A DNA stretch of 64,000 nucleotides from an uncultured Verrucomicrobiota bacterium. GTDB lineage: Bacteria > Verrucomicrobiota > Verrucomicrobiia > Opitutales > Intestinicryptomonadaceae. Made by a program: the position numbers and the translations under genes. The stretch is taken from positions 16,324 to 80,323 of the forward strand of contig CASDUP010000053.1 in NCBI GenBank assembly GCA_949283955.1, written 5' to 3'. How positions within the stretch are numbered: position 1 is the first letter of the stretch; every line of letters starts with the position of its first letter. The notes under the pieces were generated by a model that did no database searches, was not told where the DNA came from, and saw only the letters and a program-made list of their open reading frames with translations. Positions 45,843 through 56,547 of the stretch are shown piece by piece.

Positions 45843-46853
45843 ATGGAAAAAGGGACGGACTATCTTCAAAGCGCGGCGTCTCGCAGGGACGATGAACTGG
45901 ATGCCGCGCTGCGCCCGTCGGGTTTCGACTCGTTCACGGGGCAGGGAAAAACCGTGGAGAGGCTTCGCGTTATGACGGGGGCGGCGAAGCGGCGCGGAGA
46001 TACTCTCGACCATATTCTTCTCCACGGACCGCCCGGACTCGGCAAGACGACTCTCGCACTGATTCTAGGCAACGAAATGGGGACGAATGTCCGAGTCACT
46101 TCGGGGCCGGTGATAGAAAAGGCGTCGGACTTGGCAGGTCTTCTGACGAATTTGAACGAGGGCGACATTCTCTTTATAGACGAGATCCACCGAATATCCC
46201 GTTCCATCGAGGAGTTTTTATATTCTGCGATGGAGGATTTCAGGATAGACATAATGATAGACCAGGGTCCCAACGCCCGAAGCGTCCGGTTGAACATACC
46301 TAAATTCACGCTTGTGGGTGCAACCACTCGAACGGGATTGCTGACGGCTCCGCTTCGCAGCAGGTTCACACTCCAGACTCGTTTGGACTACTACGACAGG
46401 TCCGAGCTCGTCAAAATAGCCAAGAGGACTTGCTCGATACTCAACGTGGAAATCGACGACGGAGGAGCCGACGAGATAGCGCGCAGGGCACGCGGAACTC
46501 CGAGAATAGTGAACAATCTGGTCCGCTTTGTAAGGGATTACTCCGAGGAGAGGGCGGGAGGAAAAATCACCCGCGATTCGGCAGCCGCCGCTCTGGAGCT
46601 TTTAGAGATAGACGACAACGGCCTGGACGAGATGGACAAGAGAATTTTGCGCGTAATGTCCGAGAACTACGGAGGGGGTCCCGTGGGAATGGGAACAATA
46701 TCCGTGGCTGTCGGAGAGGAGGAGGAAACTTTGGAGGAGGTCCACGAACCCTACCTCATACAGGAGGGATTTTTGAGGAGAACCCAGCAGGGAAGGGTTC
46801 TTACAGACAAGGCGTGGAGAATTCTCGGAGTGGAGAGGGGAGGGCTTTTTTGA
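45843..46853 (+). CDS. ruvB: Holliday junction branch migration helicase RuvB
   Basis: [51 protein letters not shown]. Confidence 0.98.
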   Translation: MEKGTDYLQSAASRRDDELDAALRPSGFDSFTGQGKTVERLRVMTGAAKRRGDTLDHILLHGPPGLGKTTLALILGNEMGTNVRVTSGPVIEKASDLAGLLTNLNEGDILFIDEIHRISRSIEEFLYSAMEDFRIDIMIDQGPNARSVRLNIPKFTLVGATTRTGLLTAPLRSRFTLQTRLDYYDRSELVKIAKRTCSILNVEIDDGGADEIARRARGTPRIVNNLVRFVRDYSEERAGGKITRDSAAAALELLEIDDNGLDEMDKRILRVMSENYGGGPVGMGTISVAVGEEEETLEEVHEPYLIQEGFLRRTQQGRVLTDKAWRILGVERGGLF

Positions 46854-46890
46854 TGGTGCTTTCCCTTTAGACTTTTAACAAAACGCTGAT

Positions 46891-47547
46891 ATGAAGAGAA
46901 GAAAAGTTGCCATTGTATTGTCGGGTTGCGGAGTGTTCGACGGAAGCGAAATCCACGAGGCCGTGGCGGTCTTGATGTCTGTCGAGAGGGAGGGAGCCGA
47001 GCCAGTATTTTTTGCCCCGGACAAGCCGCAGGCTTCCGTGGTAAACCACAAAACGGGAAGCGAAAGCGCCGGAGAATCGAGAAACGTTCTTGTTGAATCC
47101 GCCAGAATAGCGAGGGGAAAAGTTTTTCCCCTGTCGGAGTTTAGGGCGGAGGATTTTTATGCTCTCATTTTTCCCGGCGGATTCGGGGCGGCGAAAAATT
47201 TGTCGACGTTTGCCTCGGAGGGGGCTAATTGCTCGGTGGACAGGGAGGTAGAGGCGGCTATAAAGTCGGCTTTAGACGCTCATATAAAAATCGGATTTGC
47301 CTGCATATCTCCCGTGATAGCGGCAAAAGTTATTTCAAACGGAGTGAGGTTGACAGTCGGATCCGATTCCTCCGTGGCTTCGGCCTTGGAGTCTCTCGGG
47401 GCGAAGCACGTCGAGTGTCCTGCGGATTCTTTCGTGGCCGACGAAAAGTTTTCTGTGTACTCCACTCCGGCCTACATGCTCGCCGAAAACACTGTGGCTA
47501 TGAGCGATGGAATAGGAAAAATGGTCTCCGAGATTTTGAGGGACTGA
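46891..47547 (+). CDS. elbB: ElbB-like glyoxalase (DJ-1/PfpI superfamily)
   Basis: VLSGCGVFDGSEIHE, RNVLVESARIARG, FPGGFGAAKNLS, CISP, STPAYM. Confidence 0.92.
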   Translation: MKRRKVAIVLSGCGVFDGSEIHEAVAVLMSVEREGAEPVFFAPDKPQASVVNHKTGSESAGESRNVLVESARIARGKVFPLSEFRAEDFYALIFPGGFGAAKNLSTFASEGANCSVDREVEAAIKSALDAHIKIGFACISPVIAAKVISNGVRLTVGSDSSVASALESLGAKHVECPADSFVADEKFSVYSTPAYMLAENTVAMSDGIGKMVSEILRD

Positions 47548-47563
47548 AAAATATTCGAGGAAC

Positions 47564-49801
47564 ATGAGAAAAATTTTCCGCGCAACTCTCTTAAAGGCTT
47601 CGGTTTTTTTGGCGGCTTCAATTTTTGTTTCGGAGGCGGGGGCGGCCGGGCGCGGATTTACCATGCTTCCGGGAACCGTGAAAAATTTTGAGCTGCCCAA
47701 TTTCAACGAGAAGTCGGGCTGGAAGGAATGGGAGCTTTTCGGCGACAGCGCGGAGTACATCGACGACTCAAGAGTCGACGTAAAAGGCCTCCTATTGAAG
47801 CTTTACGAGGGTTCCAACGTCCTGAAGGCCGAGATAAAAAGCGATTCCGCAGTTCTTAATCCGAGCACAAAAAAGGTCGAAAGCGGGGCGAAAATTTTTG
47901 TGGAGGGAAACGGTTTTTATCTCGAAGGCAGGGGCTGGAATTGGAACGGCCCCGCGAAAACCACTCGCGTTTTAAACGACGTCCGGGCGAGATTTTCAAG
48001 GCCGGACAAGGAGGCGAAACCGTCCGACAAAACCGAAGTTGAGAGCGCGGAGGCTTCAATATCCTACGGAGGCAACACCAACAAATTTAGCTTCGAAAAG
48101 GACGTGGTGGTCAAGGGGGACGATCTGCACGTTGAGTGCGATGCCATTCGAATCGACGCAGAAAAGGGGGGGAGCGGTTCCTCTCCCGTAAACGAGATAG
48201 AGGCCGAGGGGAACGTGCTTATGCGCAGGGAGGGAATAGAGGCCCATGCGGGGATAGCTTCGATATGGCCCTCAAAAGACTACGCGCTTTTGACTAGGAA
48301 GCCGAGCTTGACCGACCTGAAGAGCAAGGCCACGCTTGCGGGAGATAAAATCGAGATATGGAAGGGTTCGGGGAAGATCGTGGCGAGTTCGTCGAAAGAG
48401 GCTAGGGCCCTGGCAGTTTTCCAGCATTCCGACCCCCAAGAGGGTAGAGTTTCCATAGTGGCGGACAAGATAGACATGCTCGGGGGAGGAAATAAGGACA
48501 GCGTATTTAATTTTGTCGGCAACGTTAAGATAATAACTTCGGACTTTGCCGCCTCGTGCGACAAGCTCAAAGCGGTCGCAAAAAGCGGTTCGGGGAAGCC
48601 GGAGCTGATTTCGATAGAAGGGGAGGGCAATGTCAAATTTACCAATTCGAGCGGAGATGCAAAATCCGACTTTTTGAAGGTTTATCCGTCACGCTCCGAA
48701 GTGGAGCTCTTCGGAAACGCCTCGCTCGAAGACGGAAAAAGCGGAATGAAGGTGCGTTCGCACAAAGTGGTGTTCGAGAGGGCAAGCGACAAGGGAAGGG
48801 CTCTTTCAAGGGAGGGAGACAGAAGCTCTTTCGTTATTACCACTATTCCGGAAACTGCCAGCGCGGAGGCTTTGGACGATCTCGACTTGAAAAATTCGAA
48901 AGTTCGCAAGCAGGGTTCGGGAAAAGGCGACATGGGAACGCTTATAAAATCCCGCAGAATAGATTTTTCAAGGAGCGGGGAGAAACTTTCGGCCGTTTTC
49001 AAAGAGGACGTTTCGGTAAAGAGCTCCTCAGCCAACGCCCTGTGCGACGAACTCGAAGTTTTCGCCGTAGGAGACGAGAATATCGGAACGAGCGTGAGGA
49101 AAATTACGGCTCGCGGCGATGTGAGAATGTCCAACGAGGGATATTTTGCCTCTTCGAAAATAGCGGAGATTTACCCGAAGGTCGGAGTGGAGGGTAGAGG
49201 GGGAAAGAGGGAACTCAGGCGGTACATAGAAATGTACGCTCCCGAAAACTCTCCAGACTCGCGCCCGAGCGTCACCCTTCCGCCCGTGGGAAACATAGGG
49301 TTGAACTCGGCCGACGAAATATCAAAGGACTCTTCGCCCACCGTCATCACCAGCGACAGGCAGTATTTGTCGAGTTCGGGCGACGGTACGGACAGGTACT
49401 TTTTCGAGGGAAACGTGGAGGTTCGCGGATCGGGTTTGAATGCGGATTGCGACAAGATAGAAGTGGTGATGAAGTCGATTTCGTCGAGGTCTAAGAAACG
49501 CATATCCCAAATAGCGATGAGCGGAGAAGTTAAAATGGAGCAGGGCCTCAAACGGGCCGAGTGCGATAGGGCGGATATATTTCCCGACGCCCAAATGGTG
49601 GTGATGAGGGGCAACGCGTTCGTGTTTAACAAGGAGGACAACACGAGGGTAGCCGGGCCACGCCTTACCTATAACGCGGGCACTCGCAGAATTTCCATGG
49701 AGCAGTCGGATCTCGAAGGGGCAGTGAGCCGCCCAACGATAGTTCTCCCGTCGTTTGGAACGGCGAAAGACATCAGGGACAAACGCAAGGAAAAGGAATA
49801 A
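47564..49801 (+). CDS. LPS transport periplasmic protein: LptC-like domain plus four tandem LptA/OstA-like domains
   Basis: N-terminal signal/anchor; LptC-like segment (EWELFGDSAEY...LEGRGWNW); four repeats of F-x-(G/K/E)-(N/D)-V...CD-x-(I/L)...G-(N/D/E)-V. Confidence 0.75.
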   Translation: MRKIFRATLLKASVFLAASIFVSEAGAAGRGFTMLPGTVKNFELPNFNEKSGWKEWELFGDSAEYIDDSRVDVKGLLLKLYEGSNVLKAEIKSDSAVLNPSTKKVESGAKIFVEGNGFYLEGRGWNWNGPAKTTRVLNDVRARFSRPDKEAKPSDKTEVESAEASISYGGNTNKFSFEKDVVVKGDDLHVECDAIRIDAEKGGSGSSPVNEIEAEGNVLMRREGIEAHAGIASIWPSKDYALLTRKPSLTDLKSKATLAGDKIEIWKGSGKIVASSSKEARALAVFQHSDPQEGRVSIVADKIDMLGGGNKDSVFNFVGNVKIITSDFAASCDKLKAVAKSGSGKPELISIEGEGNVKFTNSSGDAKSDFLKVYPSRSEVELFGNASLEDGKSGMKVRSHKVVFERASDKGRALSREGDRSSFVITTIPETASAEALDDLDLKNSKVRKQGSGKGDMGTLIKSRRIDFSRSGEKLSAVFKEDVSVKSSSANALCDELEVFAVGDENIGTSVRKITARGDVRMSNEGYFASSKIAEIYPKVGVEGRGGKRELRRYIEMYAPENSPDSRPSVTLPPVGNIGLNSADEISKDSSPTVITSDRQYLSSSGDGTDRYFFEGNVEVRGSGLNADCDKIEVVMKSISSRSKKRISQIAMSGEVKMEQGLKRAECDRADIFPDAQMVVMRGNAFVFNKEDNTRVAGPRLTYNAGTRRISMEQSDLEGAVSRPTIVLPSFGTAKDIRDKRKEKE

Positions 49802-49803
49802 TT

Positions 49804-50439
49804 TTGAATAGTTGCAGCCAAACGGAAAACAAACCCAAGAAAAAAAATTTGATGAGGAGGCTCTACGATTGGACCGTGTCATGGGCGGACAAGCCGAGGA
49901 GCATGTGGGCTCTATCAATTTTGTCCTTCGCGGAATCATCGTTCTTTCCCATTCCCCCGGACGTTCTTCTCATTCCGATGGTGTTCGGGGCGGTGAAGAA
50001 ATGGTTGAAGATAGCGGCGGTGTGCACTTTGGCGTCTGTGGCGGGGGGAGTGTTCGGCTGGGCGATAGGGCATCTTGCATGGGACGCTATGTCGGAGTTT
50101 TTCTTCAAATACATTCCGGGATTCACGCACGAGGCCTTCGACTACGTGGCAGAAATCTACCAAGGAAACGCGTTTTTGGCTATTTTCGGGGCGGCTCTAA
50201 CTCCCATTCCATATAAAATCTTCACCATAGCCGCAGGGGTTTGCGACGTTAATCTGATGGTTTTTATTCTCGCCTCCATATTCGGAAGGGGTGGGAGGTT
50301 TTTCGCGGTTGCGGCGGTTATAAGAGTGGTGGGGGAAAAGGCGAAGCCCTTTATAGAAAAATATTTCAACATGATCGTAACGGCGTTTTTCGTCCTGCTT
50401 GTGCTCGGGTTTGCGGCTATAAAATTCATGATGTCTTAG
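49804..50439 (+). CDS. YqaA/DedA (VTT-domain) membrane protein
   Basis: SFAESSFFPIPPDVLLIPM, ALTPIPYKIFTI, GRGGRFF. Alternative start 49852. Confidence 0.9.
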   Translation: MNSCSQTENKPKKKNLMRRLYDWTVSWADKPRSMWALSILSFAESSFFPIPPDVLLIPMVFGAVKKWLKIAAVCTLASVAGGVFGWAIGHLAWDAMSEFFFKYIPGFTHEAFDYVAEIYQGNAFLAIFGAALTPIPYKIFTIAAGVCDVNLMVFILASIFGRGGRFFAVAAVIRVVGEKAKPFIEKYFNMIVTAFFVLLVLGFAAIKFMMS

Positions 50440-50556
50440 GGTATTCCGATTTTTGGGAGGCGAAAGAAATTCCGGTAGGTCTTGAGGGAATTTTCCTATC
50501 TTTCGTGGAATGTTTTTCGTAGGTTTTTCCACGCTTCCTTCGCAGGGCGATTTTAC

Positions 50557-50600
50557 TTGCCGAAGCGGGCGGGCGAGTTTAGCGTCGGCGGGATTTTTTT
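50557..50600 (+). promoter_or_regulatory. Putative carB sigma70 promoter with GATTTTTTT initially transcribed region
   Basis: TTGCCG (50557-62), 17 nt, TAGCGT (50580-85), CGGCGG, then G A T7 (50592-50600). Confidence 0.55.
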
Positions 50601-50636
50601 AAGGATAGCATTTCCTTTAACGGAAGGGCGGGCACC

Positions 50637-53600
50637 ATGTCCAAGCGAGACGATTTGAAAACCATTCTCATAATAGGATCCGGTCCGATAGTGATAGGCC
50701 AAGCATGCGAATTCGACTACTCTGGAACGCAGGCTTGCAAAGCCCTCAAGGAGGAGGGATACAAAGTTGTTCTCGTAAATTCGAATCCGGCGACAATTAT
50801 GACGGATCCGGACTTTGCGGACGTGACTTACATAGAGCCTCTGACTCCGGAAATTCTCGAGAAGATAATAGAGCGCGAGCGTCCGGACGCCCTTCTGCCT
50901 ACCCTGGGCGGGCAGACAGGATTGAATTTGTCCCTAGAATTGGCGAAGAGCGGCGTTTTGGAAAAGTATGGAGTGGAGCTTATAGGGGCCAAGCGCGAGG
51001 CTATAGAAAAGGGTGAGGATAGGGAGTTGTTTCGCAAGGCTATGTTGAAAATAGGCCTCGATGTTCCCCAGAGCGTGGTGGTTCACGAGATGAGGGAGGC
51101 GATAGAATGGATAGAGAAATGGAAAAAATTTCCAGTGATTATCCGTCCGAGCTTCACTCTCGGGGGAACTGGAGGAGGAATAGCGTACAACAGGGACGAA
51201 TACGAGAAAATGGTGGCGTTCGGATTGAGTTCGTCTCCCGTGAGCGAGGTTCTGGTGGAGGAGTGCCTTCTCGGCTGGAAAGAATTTGAAATGGAGGTGA
51301 TGAGGGATCGCAAAGACCAGTGCGTGGTTATATGCTCTATCGAAAATTTCGATCCTATGGGAGTGCACACGGGCGATTCCATAACCGTGGCTCCGGCAAT
51401 GACGCTCACCGACAAGGAATACCAGCTGATGCGCGACGCGAGTTTTGCGGTCATAAGGGAGATAGGTGTGGAGACGGGCGGATCCAACATTCAGTTTGCG
51501 GTAGATCCGAAGTCGGGAAGAATGGTAGTCATAGAGATGAATCCGAGAGTTTCCCGCTCGTCGGCTCTCGCTTCGAAGGCTACCGGATTTCCCATAGCCA
51601 AGATAGCCGCTAAGCTTGCCGTCGGATACACTCTCGACGAGCTAAAAAACGACATCACCCGTGAAACTCCCGCCAGTTTCGAACCTACGATAGACTACGT
51701 AGTCACAAAAATTCCCCGGTTTACCTTTGAGAAATTTGCCGGCAGCGACAACACCCTCACTTCTTCCATGAAAAGCGTGGGCGAGGCAATGGCAATCGGA
51801 TCCACTTTTAAAGAGTCGCTGCAAAAAGCTTTGAGGTCTCTCGAGATAGGGGCCCGCGGATTGGGCGGCGGCGGAAAATTCGGAAACCGAAACAATCTTC
51901 CGGATATGGATTCTATCAGAAAGGGGCTTGTTCGCCCTACTCCGGAGCGAATATTTTACATTCGCTACGCCATGCTCGCGGGCATGGAAGATTCGGACGT
52001 TTGCGAATGCACGAAAATAGATCCGTGGTTCGTTCGGCAAATTCGGGAAATTGTCAGCTTGGAGAAGGAGATGTCGGAGCGCATATGGCTCGGAATGACT
52101 CCGGATTTGTTGCGAAAGGCGAAAAAGGCGGGATTTAGCGATCTGCAAATTTCCGAAATTTGCCAGACAAAGATTCGAAACATAAAGAAAATGCGCTCCG
52201 ACAACCGCATAGAGACGGTTTACAGGCTCGTCGACACCTGCGCTGCGGAGTTCGAATCTTACACCCCGTACTACTATTCCTCCTACGGAGACGAAAACGA
52301 AATTCGACCCTCCGACAAAAAGAAGATAATGATAATAGGCGGGGGCCCAAACAGGATAGGGCAGGGAATAGAATTTGACTACTGTTGCGTGCATGCGGCG
52401 TTCGCGTTGAAGGACGCCGGATATGAGACGATTATGGTCAACTCCAATCCCGAGACTGTATCCACCGACTACGATACTTCTGACAAGCTGTTTTTCGAGC
52501 CGCTTACTTTGGAGGACGTGTTGGAGATTTACAGGCAGCAGAAATGCGACGGGGCAATAGTCCAATTTGGCGGACAGACTCCGCTGAATTTGGCAAGCGA
52601 ATTGAAGGCAAATGGAGTCAACATAATAGGCACCTCTCCCGAGTCCATAGACGCCGCCGAAGACAGGGAAATATTTAAAAAAATTCTCGACAAACTTCAT
52701 TTGAAGCAGCCTGTCAACGCCACAGCCACCAATCCCGAGCAGGCGTATGAGTTGGCGGGTCAGATAGGATTCCCGATACTTTTGCGTCCGAGTTTCGTTC
52801 TCGGTGGAAGGGGAATGTTCATAGTTTACAACATGGAGGACATGAAGAAGGTGATTCGGGAGGCGTTCGACGCGGCTCCCGGAAAGCCGGTGCTGCTCGA
52901 CAAGTTTCTGGAAGACGCCATAGAGTTGGACGTCGACGCAATAAGCGACGGAGAGACTACGGTTGTGGGTGGAATGCTAGAGCACATAGAGTTTGCCGGG
53001 GTGCACTCGGGAGATGCTGCTATGGTTCTGCCTCCGCACACTCTACAAAAGGGAATACTCGACGAGGTTCGTCAAGCAACCTATGCTCTCGCCCGGGAGC
53101 TCAAGGTAGTCGGGCTGATGAACATTCAGTATGCTATAAAAAAAGGCGAACTGTATTTGCTCGAAGTCAATCCGCGAGCCTCAAGAACAATTCCCTTCGT
53201 TTCAAAGGTAATAGGGGTTCCCCTCGCAAAGCTTGCCGCCAGAGTTATGGCAGGCGAAAAATTGAAGGATCTCGGCTTTACGAAGGAGGTTCATCCGAAG
53301 TGTATCGCTGTGAAGGAGAGCGTGTTTCCCTTCGTAAGATTTCTGGGCTCACCCATAGCTCTCACTCCGGAAATGCGTTCAACAGGCGAGGTGATGGGCC
53401 TTGCCGACGATTTGGGAATGGCTTTCGCAAAGTCGCAGATAGCCGCCCAGCCAGGACTTCCCCTGTCCGGGAACGTTTTCATATCGGTCAAAGACCACGA
53501 CAAGGAGGCCGCCGCAGAAATAGCCAAGGCGTTCGCAGACTTCGGCTTTTCGATATACTCCACTGCGGGTACGGCGGAATTCTTGAGGGCAAGGGGAATT

Positions 53601-53948
53601 TCCGTCACAAAGACCTACAAGCTTAGCGAAGGCGCAAGGCCCAATGTGGTCGACATGGTCAAGAATGGGCAGATGCAGATAATAATAAACACTCCTTCCG
53701 GAATGTCCCCCCGACTCGACGAAAACAGGATAAGGGAGTCGGCTTTGCTTCGCAAAGTTTGCATGATAACCACAATTATGGGGGCGTATGCGGCAATAAG
53801 GGGAATTGCCGCTTTAAGAAGGGACAGTGTCAAGGTGAAGCCGCTTCAGGAGCACATGAAGACCATAGAGGGCGCGTTCGACTACGGCAAAACCTGCAAA
53901 TTCGGGAAGGCGCATCTTGGAGGTTCTTCGGCTTTTCGGGGAGCTTAA
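50637..53948 (+). CDS. carB: Carbamoyl-phosphate synthase large subunit
   Basis: [18 protein letters not shown], two ATP-grasp domains, [14 protein letters not shown]-terminal MGS domain. Confidence 0.99.
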   Translation: MSKRDDLKTILIIGSGPIVIGQACEFDYSGTQACKALKEEGYKVVLVNSNPATIMTDPDFADVTYIEPLTPEILEKIIERERPDALLPTLGGQTGLNLSLELAKSGVLEKYGVELIGAKREAIEKGEDRELFRKAMLKIGLDVPQSVVVHEMREAIEWIEKWKKFPVIIRPSFTLGGTGGGIAYNRDEYEKMVAFGLSSSPVSEVLVEECLLGWKEFEMEVMRDRKDQCVVICSIENFDPMGVHTGDSITVAPAMTLTDKEYQLMRDASFAVIREIGVETGGSNIQFAVDPKSGRMVVIEMNPRVSRSSALASKATGFPIAKIAAKLAVGYTLDELKNDITRETPASFEPTIDYVVTKIPRFTFEKFAGSDNTLTSSMKSVGEAMAIGSTFKESLQKALRSLEIGARGLGGGGKFGNRNNLPDMDSIRKGLVRPTPERIFYIRYAMLAGMEDSDVCECTKIDPWFVRQIREIVSLEKEMSERIWLGMTPDLLRKAKKAGFSDLQISEICQTKIRNIKKMRSDNRIETVYRLVDTCAAEFESYTPYYYSSYGDENEIRPSDKKKIMIIGGGPNRIGQGIEFDYCCVHAAFALKDAGYETIMVNSNPETVSTDYDTSDKLFFEPLTLEDVLEIYRQQKCDGAIVQFGGQTPLNLASELKANGVNIIGTSPESIDAAEDREIFKKILDKLHLKQPVNATATNPEQAYELAGQIGFPILLRPSFVLGGRGMFIVYNMEDMKKVIREAFDAAPGKPVLLDKFLEDAIELDVDAISDGETTVVGGMLEHIEFAGVHSGDAAMVLPPHTLQKGILDEVRQATYALARELKVVGLMNIQYAIKKGELYLLEVNPRASRTIPFVSKVIGVPLAKLAARVMAGEKLKDLGFTKEVHPKCIAVKESVFPFVRFLGSPIALTPEMRSTGEVMGLADDLGMAFAKSQIAAQPGLPLSGNVFISVKDHDKEAAAEIAKAFADFGFSIYSTAGTAEFLRARGISVTKTYKLSEGARPNVVDMVKNGQMQIIINTPSGMSPRLDENRIRESALLRKVCMITTIMGAYAAIRGIAALRRDSVKVKPLQEHMKTIEGAFDYGKTCKFGKAHLGGSSAFRGA

Positions 53949-53981
53949 CAAACGGGCTATTTTTTCGATACGGTCAAAAAG

Positions 53982-54377
53982 ATGAACCAAAAACAATTTC
54001 AAAGGGCAGTAGAAGCTATAATGCGCGACGATCCGCGCTACGCGGCAGGCGCTTACATATTCGTCAGAATGGCTCTCGACTATACTGTCAAGAAGCTTTC
54101 CTCGAACGGATCCGGAAGGCCCGACAGAAACGTCAGTTCGCGGGAGCTTTTGGACGGGGCGGCGGAATTTGCCCTCGAGTCGTTCGGGCCCATGGCGATG
54201 ACTCTCTTCGAGGAGTGGGGAGTAAAAAGCTGCTCCGATATAGGCGAGATAGTTTTCAATTTGGTTGAGGCGGGAGAGCTTCGCAAGACCGACGACGACA
54301 AGCTCGAGGACTTCGACGGGGTTTTTGATTTCAAAGATGTTTTCGTGAAGCCGTTTTTGCCGTCTTACGCAAAATAG
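53982..54377 (+). CDS. Conserved Verrucomicrobia/Planctomycetes-type hypothetical protein (Minf_1886-like)
   Basis: DPRYAAGAYIFVRMALDYT, HV/NV-SxxELLDG, FGPMA, WGV, DIGEIVFNLVE and KTDDDKLEDF recalled as the family signature. Confidence 0.8.
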   Translation: MNQKQFQRAVEAIMRDDPRYAAGAYIFVRMALDYTVKKLSSNGSGRPDRNVSSRELLDGAAEFALESFGPMAMTLFEEWGVKSCSDIGEIVFNLVEAGELRKTDDDKLEDFDGVFDFKDVFVKPFLPSYAK

Positions 54378-54398
54378 GAAAAATTTGGAGATCGAAAT

Positions 54399-55139
54399 AT
54401 GCAGGGACTTGAGATAAAAAATTTATCCGTGGAGGTTGCGGGAAAACTCGTAGTGGACGATCTTAGCCTTGATGTTCCCTTCGGGGAGGTCCATGCGATA
54501 ATGGGTCCCAACGGAACCGGGAAGAGCAGCCTTTCGAAGGCAATGGCGGGAAATCCGGATTACCCGATAAAATCCGGCTCGGTCATTTTGGGAGGGGAGG
54601 ACATAACAGGTTTGCTCCCGGACGAAATCTCCAAAAAGGGATTGTTCCTTGCGTTTCAGTATCCGGTGGAGATACCGGGAGTGAGCGTGGCGAATTTCAT
54701 AAGGGCATGTCTAAACGCCCGGCTTCCCTCGGGGCAGGAAGTTTCTCCTCCGGCGTATTACAGGGAGCTCTACGAGAAAATGGATTCCCTAAAAATAGAC
54801 AGGTCGTTTACTGCAAGAAGTCTCAACGACGGATTTTCCGGAGGAGAAAAAAAGCGCTGCGACATTCTTCAGATGTTGATGCTTAAGCCGAGGTTTGCCG
54901 TGCTCGACGAGATAGACAGCGGGCTTGACATAGACGCGCTTAGGATTGTTTCCGAAGGGGTGAATTCGGCTCGCTCCACAGGAATGGGAATGCTCGTTAT
55001 AACGCACTATCACAGGCTGCTGGACTATATAAAGCCGGACGTAGTGCATGTTATGAACGGCGGAAAGATAGTAAAGAGCGGCGGATTCGAGCTTGCGCTC
55101 GAATTGGAAAAGCGCGGCTACGATTGGGTGGGGAAATAA
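54399..55139 (+). CDS. sufC: Fe-S cluster assembly ATPase SufC
   Basis: [47 protein letters not shown]. Confidence 0.97.
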   Translation: MQGLEIKNLSVEVAGKLVVDDLSLDVPFGEVHAIMGPNGTGKSSLSKAMAGNPDYPIKSGSVILGGEDITGLLPDEISKKGLFLAFQYPVEIPGVSVANFIRACLNARLPSGQEVSPPAYYRELYEKMDSLKIDRSFTARSLNDGFSGGEKKRCDILQMLMLKPRFAVLDEIDSGLDIDALRIVSEGVNSARSTGMGMLVITHYHRLLDYIKPDVVHVMNGGKIVKSGGFELALELEKRGYDWVGK

Positions 55140-55140
55140 T

Positions 55141-56547
55141 ATGTCCGAAGAGCTTGCGTTCAATCCAGACAGAAGCGCCTTCGACTTCAAGTACGCCGAG
55201 GATTACGCCTACGATGCCGGAGTAGGGCTCAACGAGAACGTTGTGAAGTACATTTCCGGAGTGAAGGGGGAGGATCCGTGGGTTTTGGATTTTCGTCTGA
55301 AGGCTCTAAAAATATTTTTTGAAAAGCCCAACCCAACCCATTGGGCCACCAAACTTCTCGATTCAATAGATTTTTCCAAGATACGCTATTATCTTGCGAA
55401 GGGAGCCCAGCGGCGCAAGTCGTGGGACGAAGTTCCCGAAGATGTTAAAAAAACTTTCGAAAGACTGGGAGTTCCGGAGAGGGAGAGGGCGTTTTTGGCG
55501 GGAATAGACGCGCAGTTCGACTCGGAGTCGGCGTATTCGAACATGGAGAAGAGGTTGTCGTCCATGGGAGTGGTATTTGTCGATTCATCCGTAGGGCTGA
55601 AGAAATATCCCGAGATATTTAAAAAATATTTCGGAAAAGTAATTCCTCCCTCCGACAACAAATATGCGGCGCTAAACAGCGCGGTTTTTTCCGGAGGAAG
55701 TTTCATATATGTTCCGAAGGGGATCAAAGTGGAGCAGCCTCTCCAGGCGTACTTTAGAATAAACGCGGAAAATTTCGGGCAATTTGAGAGAACTTTGATA
55801 ATTGCCGACGAGGGTTCGGAACTAATGTACATGGAGGGATGCACGGCGCCAAAGTTTGAAACGGGAACCCTTCACAGCGCGGTGGTGGAACTGGTGGCTT
55901 TGAAGGGAGCTAAGATACAGTACGTCACCGTGCAGAACTGGTCGAACAACGTATTTAATCTGGTCACCAAAAGGGCGGTGGCGGAGGAGGACGCCCAAGT
56001 AAGGTGGATAGACTGCAATATAGGTTCCGGACTTACGATGAAATATCCCGCGGTGATGTTAAAAGGCAAGAGGGCGAAGGGGGAGGTTATTTCCATAGCT
56101 CTGGCCAACAACGGACAACATCAGGACACCGGTGCAAAAATGATACATTTGGCTGACGACACCACCTCCAACATCGTTTCAAAATCCGTGAGCGTAGGAA
56201 GCGGAAGGGCTTCGTACAGAGGCTTGGTCTCCATTTCCAAGAACGTCAAGAATTGCAGGAACAACACGGTTTGCGACGCTCTCTTGATAAATTCCAATTC
56301 GAGGAACGACACCTATCCGGCTATAACGTGTTCGGGGGAAAACAACTCCGTGCAACACGAGGCGAGCGTGTCGAAATTGAGCGAGGAGCAAATTTTTTAC
56401 ATGAGATCCAGGGGACTTTCCGAGGCGGAGGCTACAAGTCTTGCGGTCAACGGTTTTGTGAACGACTTGGTCAGGGAATTTCCGATGGAGTACTCGGTGG
56501 AGTTGAAAAGGCTGATAGAACTCCAAATGGAAGGAGCGGTAGGCTGA
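55141..56547 (+). CDS. sufB: Fe-S cluster assembly protein SufB
   Basis: [60 protein letters not shown]. Confidence 0.97.
   Translation: MSEELAFNPDRSAFDFKYAEDYAYDAGVGLNENVVKYISGVKGEDPWVLDFRLKALKIFFEKPNPTHWATKLLDSIDFSKIRYYLAKGAQRRKSWDEVPEDVKKTFERLGVPERERAFLAGIDAQFDSESAYSNMEKRLSSMGVVFVDSSVGLKKYPEIFKKYFGKVIPPSDNKYAALNSAVFSGGSFIYVPKGIKVEQPLQAYFRINAENFGQFERTLIIADEGSELMYMEGCTAPKFETGTLHSAVVELVALKGAKIQYVTVQNWSNNVFNLVTKRAVAEEDAQVRWIDCNIGSGLTMKYPAVMLKGKRAKGEVISIALANNGQHQDTGAKMIHLADDTTSNIVSKSVSVGSGRASYRGLVSISKNVKNCRNNTVCDALLINSNSRNDTYPAITCSGENNSVQHEASVSKLSEEQIFYMRSRGLSEAEATSLAVNGFVNDLVREFPMEYSVELKRLIELQMEGAVG

Noticed and set aside
56253-56546. N-terminal 98 aa of the ORF-track sufD (also the extended fba, sufB and porin starts)
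   Set aside because: These overlap upstream genes or non-coding DNA; family-typical N-termini begin at the downstream ATGs.
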